NCBI RefSeq assembly: GCF_001194135.2 | Contig: NC_068982.1 | Span: 75,749,534-75,813,533, forward strand | Source: Octopus bimaculoides | Lineage: Eukaryota | Length of the DNA stretch: 64,000 bases | Direction of reading: 5' to 3' | In this document: one piece after another, positions 1 to 11,875 of the stretch | Layout: each line of letters starts with the position of its first letter | Position numbering within the stretch: the first letter of the stretch is position 1 | The notes under the pieces: generated by a model | Told to the model about the DNA's origin: nothing | Databases searched by the model: none | The model's input: only the letters and a program-made list of their open reading frames with translations | Position numbers and translations under genes: made by a program

Positions 1-29
1 CAAAAACAAACAACATATCCACCACAGCC

Positions 30-440
30 TTAGAATAACACACACGCAAATATTAAAAATGATACATTCAAGAGATACCCAAGAATTCATTAAAAAACAG
101 TCCCAACCACTGCTATAATCCACAACGAGCCGCTTTTAGGTCACTTGACCATTTAACATCCTACTACTATCATACCACCCGCATTCCCTTATTATTCTCT
201 CTTCCCTTTCTCCTTCTTCATCCTCTCCACCACTTCTTTCCTTACTTTACTACTATTGCAGTTTAGAATAACACCTACGCAAATATTATAAACAATACAT
301 TCAAAAGAGATATCTCAAGAATTCAATCACTACTACCATCCACAAAAAGTCACTTTCAGGGCACTTAACCATTTAACATTCCACTACTATCATGGCACTC
401 CTGCATTATTATTATTCTCCTTTTTCTTCTTCTTCTCTGC
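30..440. repeat. Diverged tandem duplication, period ~233 bp
   Basis: ttagaataacac...gcaaatatt...atacattcaaa...caagaattca...cacttgaccatttaacat...ctactatcat recurs from 30 and from 263. Confidence 0.75.
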
Positions 441-998
441 CAAGAATTCACAACACCAATCCACAAGAGTAAACAAGAGAGACAGAGACAGGCAGAAACA
501 AGGAAAATGCCCCTTATATTTGAATATTATGCAAATATTCTTTTAAAAAACTTTTCTTTTAATTTTTCCAAAATTTAATCTTCTTCCATACTTACAGTTG
601 AAAAAGTCTCAATGACTGAAACTGGTACTGAAATGTTTTTTATATAAAATTATTTTAGCATTTTCTACCTTGACTTTTTTTCCATATATATCAACTCGTG
701 TGTTCCTTTTCAACCTTCTTCATATATATATATAAAAATAGTAGGGTAAAAAATTGGATATTAATTAATATCAATTTAATACCAGGTAACTAGCACATTA
801 AAAGAATCAGAAGATTCAGAAAAAATTATCTGAGATCTCAAAAAGATTATTGTATATGTATATATAAAAGAGACCACTAAGTGGACTGCTAATGTGCGAG
901 AAGAAGATCACTGAATAGTTCTCAAAGAAAAAAAATCTAGCGAAGCAAAAACATACAGGCGAGACTAGTGAAAATTACATAAATAAATACAAAGTTTA

Positions 999-1061
999 TC
1001 CATAGACCAAGGTTTTGAAATTAACATTTTACCGAAAATATCTGTTTCACATCAGTACGGA
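999..1061 (-). ncRNA. Degenerate minimal type I hammerhead ribozyme (mirror copy in the left arm)
   Basis: Minus strand tccgta-CTGATGT-gaaa...tttc-AAAAC-cttg-GTC-tatgga; two core substitutions. Confidence 0.52.
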
Positions 1062-1132
1062 CTGTGAAAGAAATGTAATTCGTAATTGGGAACAACTAGT
1101 ACATGATTCTGCGAATTACATTTCTTTGGCAG

Positions 1133-1198
1133 TCTGTACTGATGAGAAACAGATAATTTTGATAAGAAAATGTTAATTTCAAAACCTTGGTCTACGGA
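1133..1198 (+). ncRNA. Degenerate minimal type I hammerhead ribozyme
   Basis: Stem I tctgta/tacgga; core CTGATGA 1139-1145; stem II gaaa/tttc; (G>A)AAAC 1181-1185; 4-nt loop cttg; GTC cleavage triplet 1190-1192. Confidence 0.62.
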
Positions 1199-1342
1199 TA
1201 AACTTTGTATTTATTTCTGTAATTTTCACTAGTCTCACCCGTATGTTTTTGCTTCGCTAGATTTTTTCTTTGAGAACTATTCGGTGAGCACATTAGCAGT
1301 CCACTTAGTGGCCTCTTTTATATATATATATATATATATATA

Positions 1343-1952
1343 GCTGTAGAATTGTGTAATGTGTTGAGGACGGTGCATTTATAAATTACATTATATCTTC
1401 TACAATGGGTTTGTAGAGGGTAGATGGATCCAGGACAGCAGTTACAAGTGGGTGCATTTCAGGGATTATTTTCAGGAATGGAAGAGGTAATACTGTCAGA
1501 GGAGAGGTTAGAGATGGGGGTAGAAAGGTTTAAGTTATTAGTATTATTAGTATTATTATTACTATTATTGTTATTATTGCTGTTGTTGTTGTTAATTATT
1601 CTATCTGTAGCGGTGGTGGAAGTTGTGGTAGTATTCTGTATAATGTTACTAGGATAGGTTGAGTTATGGTTGTGGTCTAACATATGGGGTTCAATGTTGG
1701 AGTTGTGTACATGTTGGGCGCTTGTGTATTCAGAGTTGTTATAGTGTGAGTTTTGATAGTAGAGAGCTTTTGTTTATTAAAGGCTGCTATGATAGACTTA
1801 AAGTTGGGTGGGATGGAATAGGATAGCTTCAGGGTAGATCTATTAAAGATAGAGTAATACTTATGTTGACGAGTGAAGTTGGAATCCTGTATATTAAAGA
1901 AGGATTTAGCTAAGTTCTTAACGTTTAGTGAGAAGGGGTGTGTATACCATAT
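1343..1952 (-). pseudogene. Penelope-like element ORF remnant (RT C-terminal/linker and start of GIY-YIG endonuclease)
   Basis: IWYTHPFSLNVKNLAKSFF...HKYYSIFNRSTLKLSYSIPPNFKSIIAAFNKQKL resembles the PLE motif WFNPPFS.NV...IFNRNT.K.SYSC.PN..SII..HNKK.L. After an Asn/Thr-rich linker, one frameshift and one stop, it continues NAPTCNCCPGSIYPLQTHCRRYNVIYKCTV (PLE CNC...CPL...C...NVIYK.TV). Truncated at (TA)n. Confidence 0.8.
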
Positions 1953-2094
1953 ATATATAAACACACACACTTAAAACTACGTAAGCACCTAAAACAATGA
2001 GCATGGTACATTTTATTAAGATACACTCTTGTGATTGATGGCAAGCTATACTTGTACTTATGTACTTAAGTACAAGGGCTCAAATTTTGCAGAT

Positions 2095-2620
2095 GAGCAA
2101 AACTGAATACACTGACCCCCAATTTTTGGCTAGTGCTTTATTTTTTAAATCTCCAAATGGCTGGAGAAAGTTTAGAGAGCTATTAATGCTGTTGGTTACA
2201 AAAAGCTTCTCTCTTAGAGTGGAAGCAGATTGTATGACATTTAGGTCCACGAATGCAGATGACAAGCAAAAACTAGAAAGAAATGAAGCTAGCATGCTCC
2301 ACTGGATGAACAATGCCAGTGTACTTGTACAGCAAACTACAAACATGTTGAGAGAAAAATTGAGAATAAAAGGCATTAGATGTAGTGTTCAAGAGAGGAG
2401 GCTGTGTTGCCATGTGGAGGGATGAGGATAGCTGCATAAAGAAGAGCTGACTGACACATATGGATGGAACCTGTGAAAAGGAAACCCAGCAAGATGTGGA
2501 ATAACGTAGTGAAGACCAACTTCAAGATGCTAAACCTCACAGAGGAGATGACAAAGGACTGAGATGATTGGCAATACACTATTCTTAAGACTCCTTCATC
2601 TCAGCAAAAATGATATCCCC
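2095..2620 (+). mobile_element. RTE-clade LINE, degenerate ORF2 C-terminal fragment
   Basis: WRKFRELL...KLERNEASMLHWM...LREKLRIKGIRCSVQERRL; same family as 32086-32484. Confidence 0.8.
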
Positions 2621-3139
2621 TCAAGCCTTCCTCACGATTCATATTTTAAGATCCATCTCTCTTCTAACCATAGCACTATAATTCAGGTGCTGTAAATGAT
2701 ATTATTTATCCTCCTACACTTCACATTGTCTCCCTATTACTGCCCCTTATTACCTCCTTCTCCTCTGTGACTACCATTCCTTTACTTTCCCCAAACTAAT
2801 ATTCACCACTGACTATACCTCGACCCATGTGTCCCATTTACTGCATCCATCCCATCTCCATTTTTTCTTTTACACTCTCTACCTACACACTCACCTTTTT
2901 TAATACTTTATCCATATTCTGTCTTATATGCACCTTGTACCGTGAGGGTACACCCTCATCATCTCCTTCACTCTTTCCAGCTGGGGCCGTCATATATTTC
3001 CTCTACATCAAGAGGCCCGTTGCTGTATTTCTATCATACTTTAACCTCTCAACACCTGGTATAATTCCACCTCCTTCTATATTATACCCCCACTCAATTT
3101 AGGAGTTTTGAGTTACTAGGCAACTTCACTAGTGCTAGT

Positions 3140-3174
<35 letters not shown>

Positions 3175-3335
3175 CCCAATACACACTGTAATGTGATTGG
3201 CATAAGGAAGAGCATCCTGCTTTAAAAATCATACTGAAGCAGACATTGGCGCTCAGTGTGGTCCTCTGGTTTGTTGGTTCCTGCTGAACAGTCCAACACA
3301 TACCAGCATGAAAAATGAATGTTAAATGATGATGA
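2620..3335 (+). mobile_element. Retroposon 3'-end family with pyrimidine-rich body and RTE-like tail (related copies near 13560-13850 +, 14740-15285 +, 18255-18890 -, 20290-20695 +, 33270-33870 -, 63485-64000 -)
   Basis: Shared blocks across copies (ttgagggt.cacc.gaca, caacctcac..gtgctagt.cca, acactgtaaagtggttggc, ccatgccagcatggaa) ending in short tgatga repeats. Confidence 0.6.
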
Positions 3336-3769
3336 TATATGTATGTGTGAATGTATGTACGTGTCTATTTGTCTCAACATTGCATAAGAGTTGTAAATAA
3401 ATGTCACTGACATCCAAAGTTTCATTCATTCCTAATATTCTGCAAAGACACATTTGACCATGGGGAAATATCAACTTGTTTGGAAACAAGTGAGAGTTGG
3501 TGAAAAAATGGGCTTCCAGTTGTAGAAAATCTGCCTCAATAAATTGCATCTGCCTGATGCAAGAGTGGGGAAAAAAAGAAAAAAAGGATGTTAAAACAAC
3601 GACGATGATAACAAACAAAAAGGAAATAGTGTTAGGACTAAAAGAGGAATCCTTTAAGCAGAGGATTATTGAATAGTGAGAAATAAATCCAGCTGATCTA
3701 CTCCACCACTGAATATTTAAGTAAGTATATGTTTGTATCAAATTAGATACTATGAACAGCAGAAGGTCT

Positions 3770-4480
3770 GCATGATAGATCTTGCTTAATTTTTCAGTTG
3801 GTTACTCTAGTTATAAATGCAAACATCAGTGAATGCAAACATCATTTGAAATCAATGAAACATTTAAATAACTACAAATGTTTAAAAACCTTCTGCTACT
3901 GGTAAATGTGCAACACTTCAAAAAGACTGGAATAACAAATTACTTGAAGAAACTGGACAATAATTAAAACAGCACCTTTGCACACAAGAACAACCACTGA
4001 GTGTACATGATTGAGGAAAAGATAATCTTAATAATGGCAATTACTTTTAAGTTTCTGGATTGCTTTGCTGAAATAGAGTCCTTACATCTACCAAAGAAAG
4101 ATTAAAATATTTTCCAGGAGTTTCATCAAATACAGTACAAAACAATATTATATCTGTAATTGATATAATGTAATAGTTGAAATAATTTGAACTGAAGTTT
4201 CAAGTGCTCTGTTTATTTTAGTGGAAGTAGATGAAAGAGACTGACTGTGTAATGCACGGCCAATTCTGTACTATCATCTGGTGTGCAACTGAATGCAAAA
4301 TATATCAAAGATTTTAAAAACTTTATGATGTCAATAATAACAAAAGTGCATCAAAATAGGTTGATAGAAAATGTCAAACTCCTTTAGTGATACTAAATTG
4401 GTCAGCCAAACATACTATGGAGCAGCTGTGATGCCAGGTACAAACAAAATTGAAGGAGAAAGAATTTAATGCAATGATTT
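3770..4480 (+). mobile_element. Highly degenerate hAT (ZMYM1-like) transposase remnant
   Basis: Readable pieces KYFPGVSSNTVQNNIISVID and LFILVEVDERD resemble the hAT S..IQN.LI and FSI..DE.TD motifs; many stops and frameshifts. Confidence 0.6.
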
Positions 4481-4819
4481 AAGGCATGGTTGTGTGGTTT
4501 TAGGTTCAGATTCAATGTGTGACACCTTATGCAAGTGACTTCTATAGTCTGAGTTTGATCAAAGCCTTGTGAATGGATTTGATAGACAGAAACTAAAAGC
4601 AGTAATTAAGTATGTTTACATAGACCATTTCTCATTGAAAATCACCAGCTGAGAGAAATGAATGCTTGCCTCTGAACACTTGGTAGCAGTTTAAGAGCTA
4701 AAATAGTAAACTCATTCATATCATTATCATCTATGTATTGTGACACGTTGGGCGAGTGTTTTCTATAACTTCAGGCTACCAAATTCACTTGTAAGAGTGA
4801 ATTTGGTAGGCAAAAACTG

Positions 4820-4891
<72 letters not shown>

Positions 4892-4912
4892 NNNNNNNNN
4901 NAGAGAGAGAAA

Positions 4913-4958
<46 letters not shown>

Positions 4959-5821
4959 GTGTGCATATGTATGAACATACATACACTTATGTTTATGTGT
5001 GTACATGTCTGTGTTTGTTTATATTTGGCGTCTATGAAATTTACTTGCTGGGACTACTGTTTTTGCTGCCAATAAATTGCCCACTCACTGCATGTGATCA
5101 AAGACATGAAATAAGAGATCCCTTACATGATTCTGAACCTAACAGGAGTTAGCAACAAGAAGTACATCAAGCTATAAAACAAACGGCTCTATAATACATT
5201 GTCTAACCCATACTAGCACAAAACTGGATGTAAAACTGAATGAACATATATGCATATGTGTTTGTGTCATCTTGTCTTGACAAATATAACAATACACTTG
5301 ATTGAAGGGGGGGTTACATTTAATTCTCATGTAGAATATGTAGACTGTGCAACCCTTATATTTAGGCTAAAAATCTGGATAAAATAATGGGTAATTCACA
5401 ACTCTAAATACAGTAATTAGTATACCTGAAATAGCTAGTTTTGCATGGGAGAAATTTTAAGGGTATTTTATTGTGTCCTACCTATATCAAATAACTTGAA
5501 GTCAAAGTTTTATGTACATACATACACACATTATACAACTATGAAAGTAGAAAATATATAAAGATGCTACAGCACTCAATAGAATGGAATGTAGTATATT
5601 TTTGGTTCTCAGTGATGAGAAAGAAAGAAATCCTTTTGAAGTTGGTTAATAAAGTACCAATTCATAACAGTGGATTGACAGAATTGGTGCAGTGTCAGAC
5701 AAGGTACCATGCAATATAAGTACATGGTATTTCTGCTTTGATGACAGCAACTGTGATATACAAGTGCCTTTAATAGACAACTGGTACACACCAATAATCA
5801 CACACAAACCTATTTCACTTG

Positions 5822-6078
<257 letters not shown>

Positions 6079-7249
6079 ATGATGGACTCTCCTGTCGAAG
6101 ACAACATATGCGCATTCAGCTTTTGCCAAATGACCTGCATAAATGATTTGTTCTATTTGTCTATAGTGATCAAATGTTCATGCTACACACATTAGCTTAC
6201 TCCCTCCACTGAATCAATGTTGTCTGAACAGGTGCACTCTGTACCACACATCAAGTGTCGAAGTGAGATGAAGAATTGAATAATTAAAATATTTATGAGA
6301 AACAAGCATATGAATATGTAAACAGTTTTCTAATATTGAATTAAAAGAAGAAAAATAATGTATAATTTCTTTTGAATAAGTATAAGGTCAAGTTTATAGC
6401 AGAAGGCTATATCAACATTAATATTTCACCAACACATTTTTCTTAATATAGATACCAAGTAGATAATAAGAATGGTGTTAAATAGATCTGGAAATAGATA
6501 CTACCAGTATTAGGTTCATCTACTCAAAGTATTGGAGGGTTTTGTAACCCTAAAATGTTCCTGACTCAACAAAATGAAAAACCAGAGAGATTTTCAAGTT
6601 ATGAAACGAAGTTTAGTAAAGCTACTAACTTAAAGAGTTATTTAAGAGATTGTTTTTCATGAAGAAGAGACATTTGCTTGGCATGTTTTTATATCCTCAG
6701 GTGAGTACCATTGAGAGTAAACTCTATAAAGAATGTCATAATTTAAGTAGAAAGGAGTCAAGGGAAAGAGATTTAATTCTTGGAGAGCAACTGAAGTTTC
6801 ATTTTTGTAAAAAGCGCTGGGACAAATGGTGACCAGAATGAAAGTCTTGGATATTTGAATAGAGATAAAAAGAGAAGTAGCCATCAGATTGCATATTTTT
6901 AGATCTTGATAGACTTGTGGTTACTGATGTTGATAATGATAAACATCCCCCTCCCCATCAGCTACATGTGAAAAGACTGGCGAAAAAGCAAAGCCTTAAA
7001 ATCTTACTCTCTAAACCAGGAGTTCTCAAACCTGGGTATGTGTACCACTAAGGATGCACAAGAAAAGGTCTGTAAAAACATTGGTATTTTGAAGTAACCA
7101 CAACCAATTAAATGAAATTTATATGTCCAGAAAATGTGTAGAAGGTCTTTTGTTGTTCCCATCCATTTATAACAGTTGTGAATTTTTGGCAATGAACCCA
7201 AAACTGCTTAGTTGTAAAGCAAACTTTTTAACATAGTCATGCTTGCACC

Positions 7250-7440
7250 TCTAATCATCATTTACTATTCCCTTTTCAATGCTTGCATGGGTCAGACAGA
7301 ATTTGAGATAGATTTTCTGTGGTCCTTCTTGTTATCAACCTTCACCAGTTTCCAAGCAAGGTAATATTTCTATATGGCCAGTAGATTAGAAACAAATGAC
7401 AGTGGTTATGCTCTTTTACAACCATCAAGCAATGCAAAGA

Positions 7441-7481
<41 letters not shown>

Positions 7482-7630
7482 TTCTTTCAGTTGCCATTCA
7501 CCAAATTGAAGGCTTTGGTTAGCCCAGGGCTATAGCAGAAGACACTTGGCCAAAAGTGTTCCACAGTGGGAGTGAATCTCAAACTATGTGGTTGTAAAAC
7601 AAACTTCTTTACTACACAGCCCAGCCTGTG
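7250..7630 (-). mobile_element. tRNA-derived SINE with internal (TG)n and RTE-like tail (family S1)
   Basis: Reverse-complement similarity to the 11424-11875 copy in head, microsatellite and catgcaagcat..aaaag tail. Confidence 0.8.
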
Positions 7631-8806
7631 ACCCTAAGGATAATAAATATATTTTCTGGGTTCTTAAACACAGCTACTGGTCTCAGTCAATGCAGCTTGA
7701 AAGCAAAGACATTAAAATTTAGGAAGGGGGCTCCAAAAATATATTACAGCAACTACAAAACATGCAAATATCCAAATTTGTAAAATCAAACACTCCTAAA
7801 CTATTAACTGTCTGAGATTAATTTAAACACATAAAAAGAGCAATATGATAGTTTATATTTGAAAATTTCTGAAAACATTTGGAGACAAAAGAAGTGATAC
7901 AAACATTTTGAGACAATTTAAATTATAACTGTCTCCATAACTTCGTCTCAGTGATACAACTGGAGCCGTTTTGATAATTTCTACATCATATTATAACGCA
8001 AGACTGAATCAGACATATTGCCAACTCAACTGGAAGCTTTGCTTGAGCTTGTCTTCGTTGCTCTGAAGAATTTACTGCAGTACTGACAAGTTTTATGTTG
8101 ATGATTATCATTCAAAATCTCTGGAATGAATTTTGAAGACAACTGCATGTACGGGGAGTTGCACAATTGGGTGTTAAAAGGAATTTATCCGAGATAAGGA
8201 AGCAAAAACAAGCAAGATAACTGCTGAAGCCTGCTTCTCAGTTAACGATAACAAAACTACAGTAAAAGTCAACAGAAAAGAACTGGCAAAAAGCCAGTGA
8301 TAATTGATTACACACAGAATCCACTATTAAGACAAAGTGAAAGTTTTAAAAAGTAACATCACTTGTTAAAGACTAGACAAAACCAAGAATGAAATAAACA
8401 TAGCCTAATATTTTCAAGTGTGCTCTGTGTTTCAACCAGAAATACAGAATACATACAAACAAGCACATTCCATTTAATGATAAAGTGAATTACACCATGC
8501 AAACAATCTAGTCATAAAATACAGATTTCCAAACAAACCTATCGAACCTGTTCTAGTTTTCATCATTTTAGCATGTTTTTATATGTTGACATTGGTTGGA
8601 TAAGACTTACAGTGTGTTCCTCTAATTCAACATTATGTTGCCTGTAAGATGTAATAACACTTCTTCCCATATTTTCTTCAATCTCTACTACAGTTGACCT
8701 ACACTATCAGCTCACAGCAATATTTTACTTATCCTACATTCGTTCATGTTACAAGTCAATTCCAGTATACTCCCTTTAATATCCAGCCAGCTCAAATACC
8801 TTACAA

Positions 8807-10400
8807 CATAGCTTCCCAAAGTGAGCGATATCGCCCACTGGTGGGTGATATGAACATTTTTGGGGTGACAAAGAATTTTTAGAAATTAAGTCTGCATTTA
8901 CTTATATCTAGGCATGCCTAGAATAAGGGTGCACTTTTATTAATTTGACTACTTGCAGGCGACGTCCCTTTGTATTAAAAAAGCGGACTTATTTATCTAT
9001 CGAATATTTTTGCTGCACAGTCATTGAGATGGTTGTCATATGTGCTAAAAATAGCAGGCAAATAGGCCTAGGCCTTGAATCATGCTCCACCACAATTTTT
9101 TTTTTTTTGCATAATTGTATGAAGTCCTTTGTGTAGGATACAAATTCACAGAAATTTTCTGAAAACTCCAGAAAATAAAGAAGTTATGAGGGGTTATATG
9201 TCATGCGTAATTCTATGGTTTCATATCAAAACACAAGTGTTATTTTCAGGATCTTGACAAAATGTGCAGTCACGTACAAAATGACAGCTCTGAAATTGTG
9301 TTTCTTGACTGGGTGAAAACGATCAAACTTTAAACCTCTATAACCTTTTAAAATCATTTTTCTAGAAAAAGCTGAATAACTCCAGCAATTTAAGTTGGAA
9401 AGATATATTTAATGTGCCAAATTTCAACATTTCAAAACATCAATTCCATCAACTTCCACAACTTGATTCTTTGAAAGATGAATTGGTTGATTGAGAGGAC
9501 GATGTTCAGGGGAAATTGATAGAATTACAAAATGACAATGACGCCACAATGCGATATCACTGTAATGGCAAAGAAGGTTTGTGGTACCATCAAAGTATAT
9601 TGGAATTCCTACCTCAATCTCTGAAAACATCTGAAATTACTTTTGTTTGCCTTCCCTACCTCGTATCTGGTTGAATCTCGTTTTATAATACAATCTCTTT
9701 ATAATCATCATCATCATCATCATCATCATTTAACGTCCGCTTTCCATGCTAGCATGGGTTGGACGATTTGACTGAGGACTGGTGAAACCGGATGGCAACA
9801 CCAGGCTCCAATCTAATTTGGCAGAGTTTCTACAGCTGGATGCCCTTCCTAACGCCAACCACTCAGAGAGTGTAGTGGGTGCTTTTACGTGTCACCCGCA
9901 CAAAAACGGCCACGCTCGAAATGGTGTCTTTTATGTGCCACCGGCACAAGCCAGTCCAGGGGCACTGGCAACGATCTCACTCGAAAATCCTACGGGAGCC
10001 AGTCAGGCGGTACTGGCAACGGCCACACAATCATTAATTATTTTTGCATCGGTAGTTCTGATCAATGGTTCATTTGGGGAAAATAAAAATCAGTGTAAAA
10101 GAAAGCACAAGTTTACCAAAATTAATTTGTCTGCATAATGTAGAGTTAACGTTTAGAATTTTATTGACACTAATGGCAAAACTAAACCCACAGTAAGGGA
10201 TTTGTAAACAGCTGCATATTTAGTCGAAACGGCACTAACCGAGCAACAAGTCTATGATATAGCGCGTGTCAAAAGAGGTTCTCCTAGGGGATTTAGTGTC
10301 GGGCGCTGGGGGGAGGGTTAACACAGGTGGACGATGGAGCATTTTTTGGCTGATAGGTGGGCGATATTGCAATTTAGCGTGAAAAGTTTGGGAAATACTG
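8807..10400 (+). mobile_element. Internally deleted hAT (Charlie/Buster-type) element with both termini and 8-bp TSD
   Basis: TSD CCTTACAA at 8799-8806 and 10401-10408; termini catagcttcccaaag and gtttgggaaatactg; internal remnant QGKLIELQND...KHLKLLLFAFPTSYLVESRF (~9505-9680) typical of the hAT C-terminal region. Confidence 0.88.
9704..10030 (-). mobile_element. RTE-LINE 3' UTR/tail copy nested in the hAT element
   Basis: (CAT)n tail then ttaacgtccgctttccatgctagcatgggttggacg..., nearly identical to 44845-45030. Confidence 0.85.
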
Positions 10401-10648
10401 CCTTACAACAATGGTTTCCATGTAAATTGAGGGCACACAACCAATGGATCATACCGCCTTCTCTCCAGCCTTTGTAGTTCTATCACAGTTTAAGTTCATG
10501 TCTTGTTACCATGCAGCATTACATTATTTATAGATGCTTCATTTAGTACAGCCTTTGTGCAGAAAGAGAAGGCCTTTCTTTCAAGTAGGAGGTCTCAGAC
10601 ACCTGGATTTTATCCATCTCTTTTTTTTAAATTGTAACTAGAATAAGA

Positions 10649-10699
<51 letters not shown>

Positions 10700-11084
10700 N
10701 NNNNNNNNNNNNNNNNNNNNNNNNNNNNNNNNNNNNNNNNNNNNNNNNNNNNNNNNNNNNNNNNNNNNNNNNNNNNNNNNNNNNNNNNNNNNNNNNNNNN
10801 NNNNNNNNNNNNNNNNNNNNNNNNNNNNNNNNNNNNNNNNNNNNNNNNNNNNNNNNNNNNNNNNNNNNNNNNNNNNNNNNNNNNNNNNNNNNNNNNNNNN
10901 NNNNNNNNNNNNNNNNNNNNNNNNNNNNNNNNNNNNNNNNNNNNNNNNNNNNNNNNNNNNNNNNNNNNNNNNNNNNNNNNNNNNNNNNNNNNNNNNNNNN
11001 NNNNNNNNNNNNNNNNNNNNNNNNNNNNNNNNNNNNNNNNNNNNNNNNNNNNNNNNNNNNNNNNNNNNNNNNNNNNNNNNNNNN
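10700..11084. other. Assembly gap (others: 4892-4901, 24833-24895, 48231-48240, 56976-57159, 63095-63119)
   Basis: Runs of N, mostly flanked by microsatellites. Confidence 1.
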
Positions 11085-11423
11085 ATAAACCTTTAGCTCC
11101 TTTTTTAAACCAATTTTCATGCATCCTTATTTTTCCAACTATTATCTACATGGATTACCATTGAACTTTAAAAGCTCAAAGACAATATAATGTATTGGTA
11201 TATTTATTTTTTTTATATATTATTTTTTTCATTTTTTACTTTTTTGTAAAAAAACATTTTCATTCTCCCTCTTCTTGAAAATTTGCCATGCAATGAAAGC
11301 CGGTTAGAAATCTATATTAAAATATACTTTCATTTTAGCATTCTGCCTTATTATTAGTTTTCATTTTCCTATTATTTCTCCACATGCGGTTAACACAACC
11401 CCACTATTTACTGACTTATATAT

Positions 11424-11566
11424 ATGCATGACTGAGAAGCTTGCATTCCAGCCATGTGATTCCGGGTTCAGTCCCACTGTGTTGCACCTTGAGCAAGTGT
11501 CTTTTATGGCTAGAGCCAACCAAAGCTTTGTAAGTAGATTTAGTAGATGGAAACTAAAAGTCCATC

Positions 11567-11611
<45 letters not shown>

Positions 11612-11875
11612 CGCGCGCGCGTGCGTGCGTGCGTGCGTGCATGCATGCATAGCCTTGTCTCAACAACACATGATGGTTGTGAACAAGTGTCACCATCATA
11701 CAAACAATGTTGTTCATTTCCAATCTTCTGTGAAAAACATTTCTGGCAATGGGGAAATGTCTTGCTTAGAAACAGGTGAGGATCAGTGACAGGAAGGACA
11801 TCTAGTCAAAGAAAATCAGCCTCAACAAATTTTGTCTGACCTATGAAAACATGGAAAAGTGAACCTAAAATAATA
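11424..11875 (+). mobile_element. Full-length S1 SINE (other copies or parts: 4485-4615 +, 12085-12240 -, 12990-13112 -, 21118-21537 -, 34100-34345 +, 40050-40175 -, 45040-45215 +, 51476-51870 +, 52890-53060 -, 57380-57575 +, 58086-58480 +)
   Basis: B-box-like GGTTCAGTCCC at 11465-11475, gcaccttgagcaagtgtctt head, central (TG)n/(CGTG)n, tail ggaaacaggtgagg...catggaaaagtg. Confidence 0.85.

Larger units (their letters stand above)
859..1325. repeat. Long inverted repeat (two ~220-bp arms, 29-bp spacer), probably an inverted PLE pseudo-LTR pair
   Basis: 861-1082 is the reverse complement of 1112-1325 apart from scattered mismatches, small indels and a 10-nt indel (898-907); both ends abut TA runs. 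Confidence 0.92.

Noticed and set aside
596-627. Minus-strand micro-exon candidate with a strong GTAAGTAT donor
   Set aside because: Weak pyrimidine tract; joined to the CIT-like exon it gives LPVSVIETFST rather than the expected Tyr and kinase-domain entry.
7017-7230. hAT-like left terminus caggagttctcaaacctggg
   Set aside because: No matching right TIR or TSD found, so the element cannot be delimited.
8010-8170. Minus-strand CQYCSKFFRATKTSSS resembling a BED zinc finger
   Set aside because: Only the CxxC half is present, with no His pair and a stop soon after; at most a hAT relic.
11440-11500. tRNA-like A/B-box sequences in SINE heads
   Set aside because: They are SINE internal promoters with no cloverleaf or acceptor stem; not tRNA genes.
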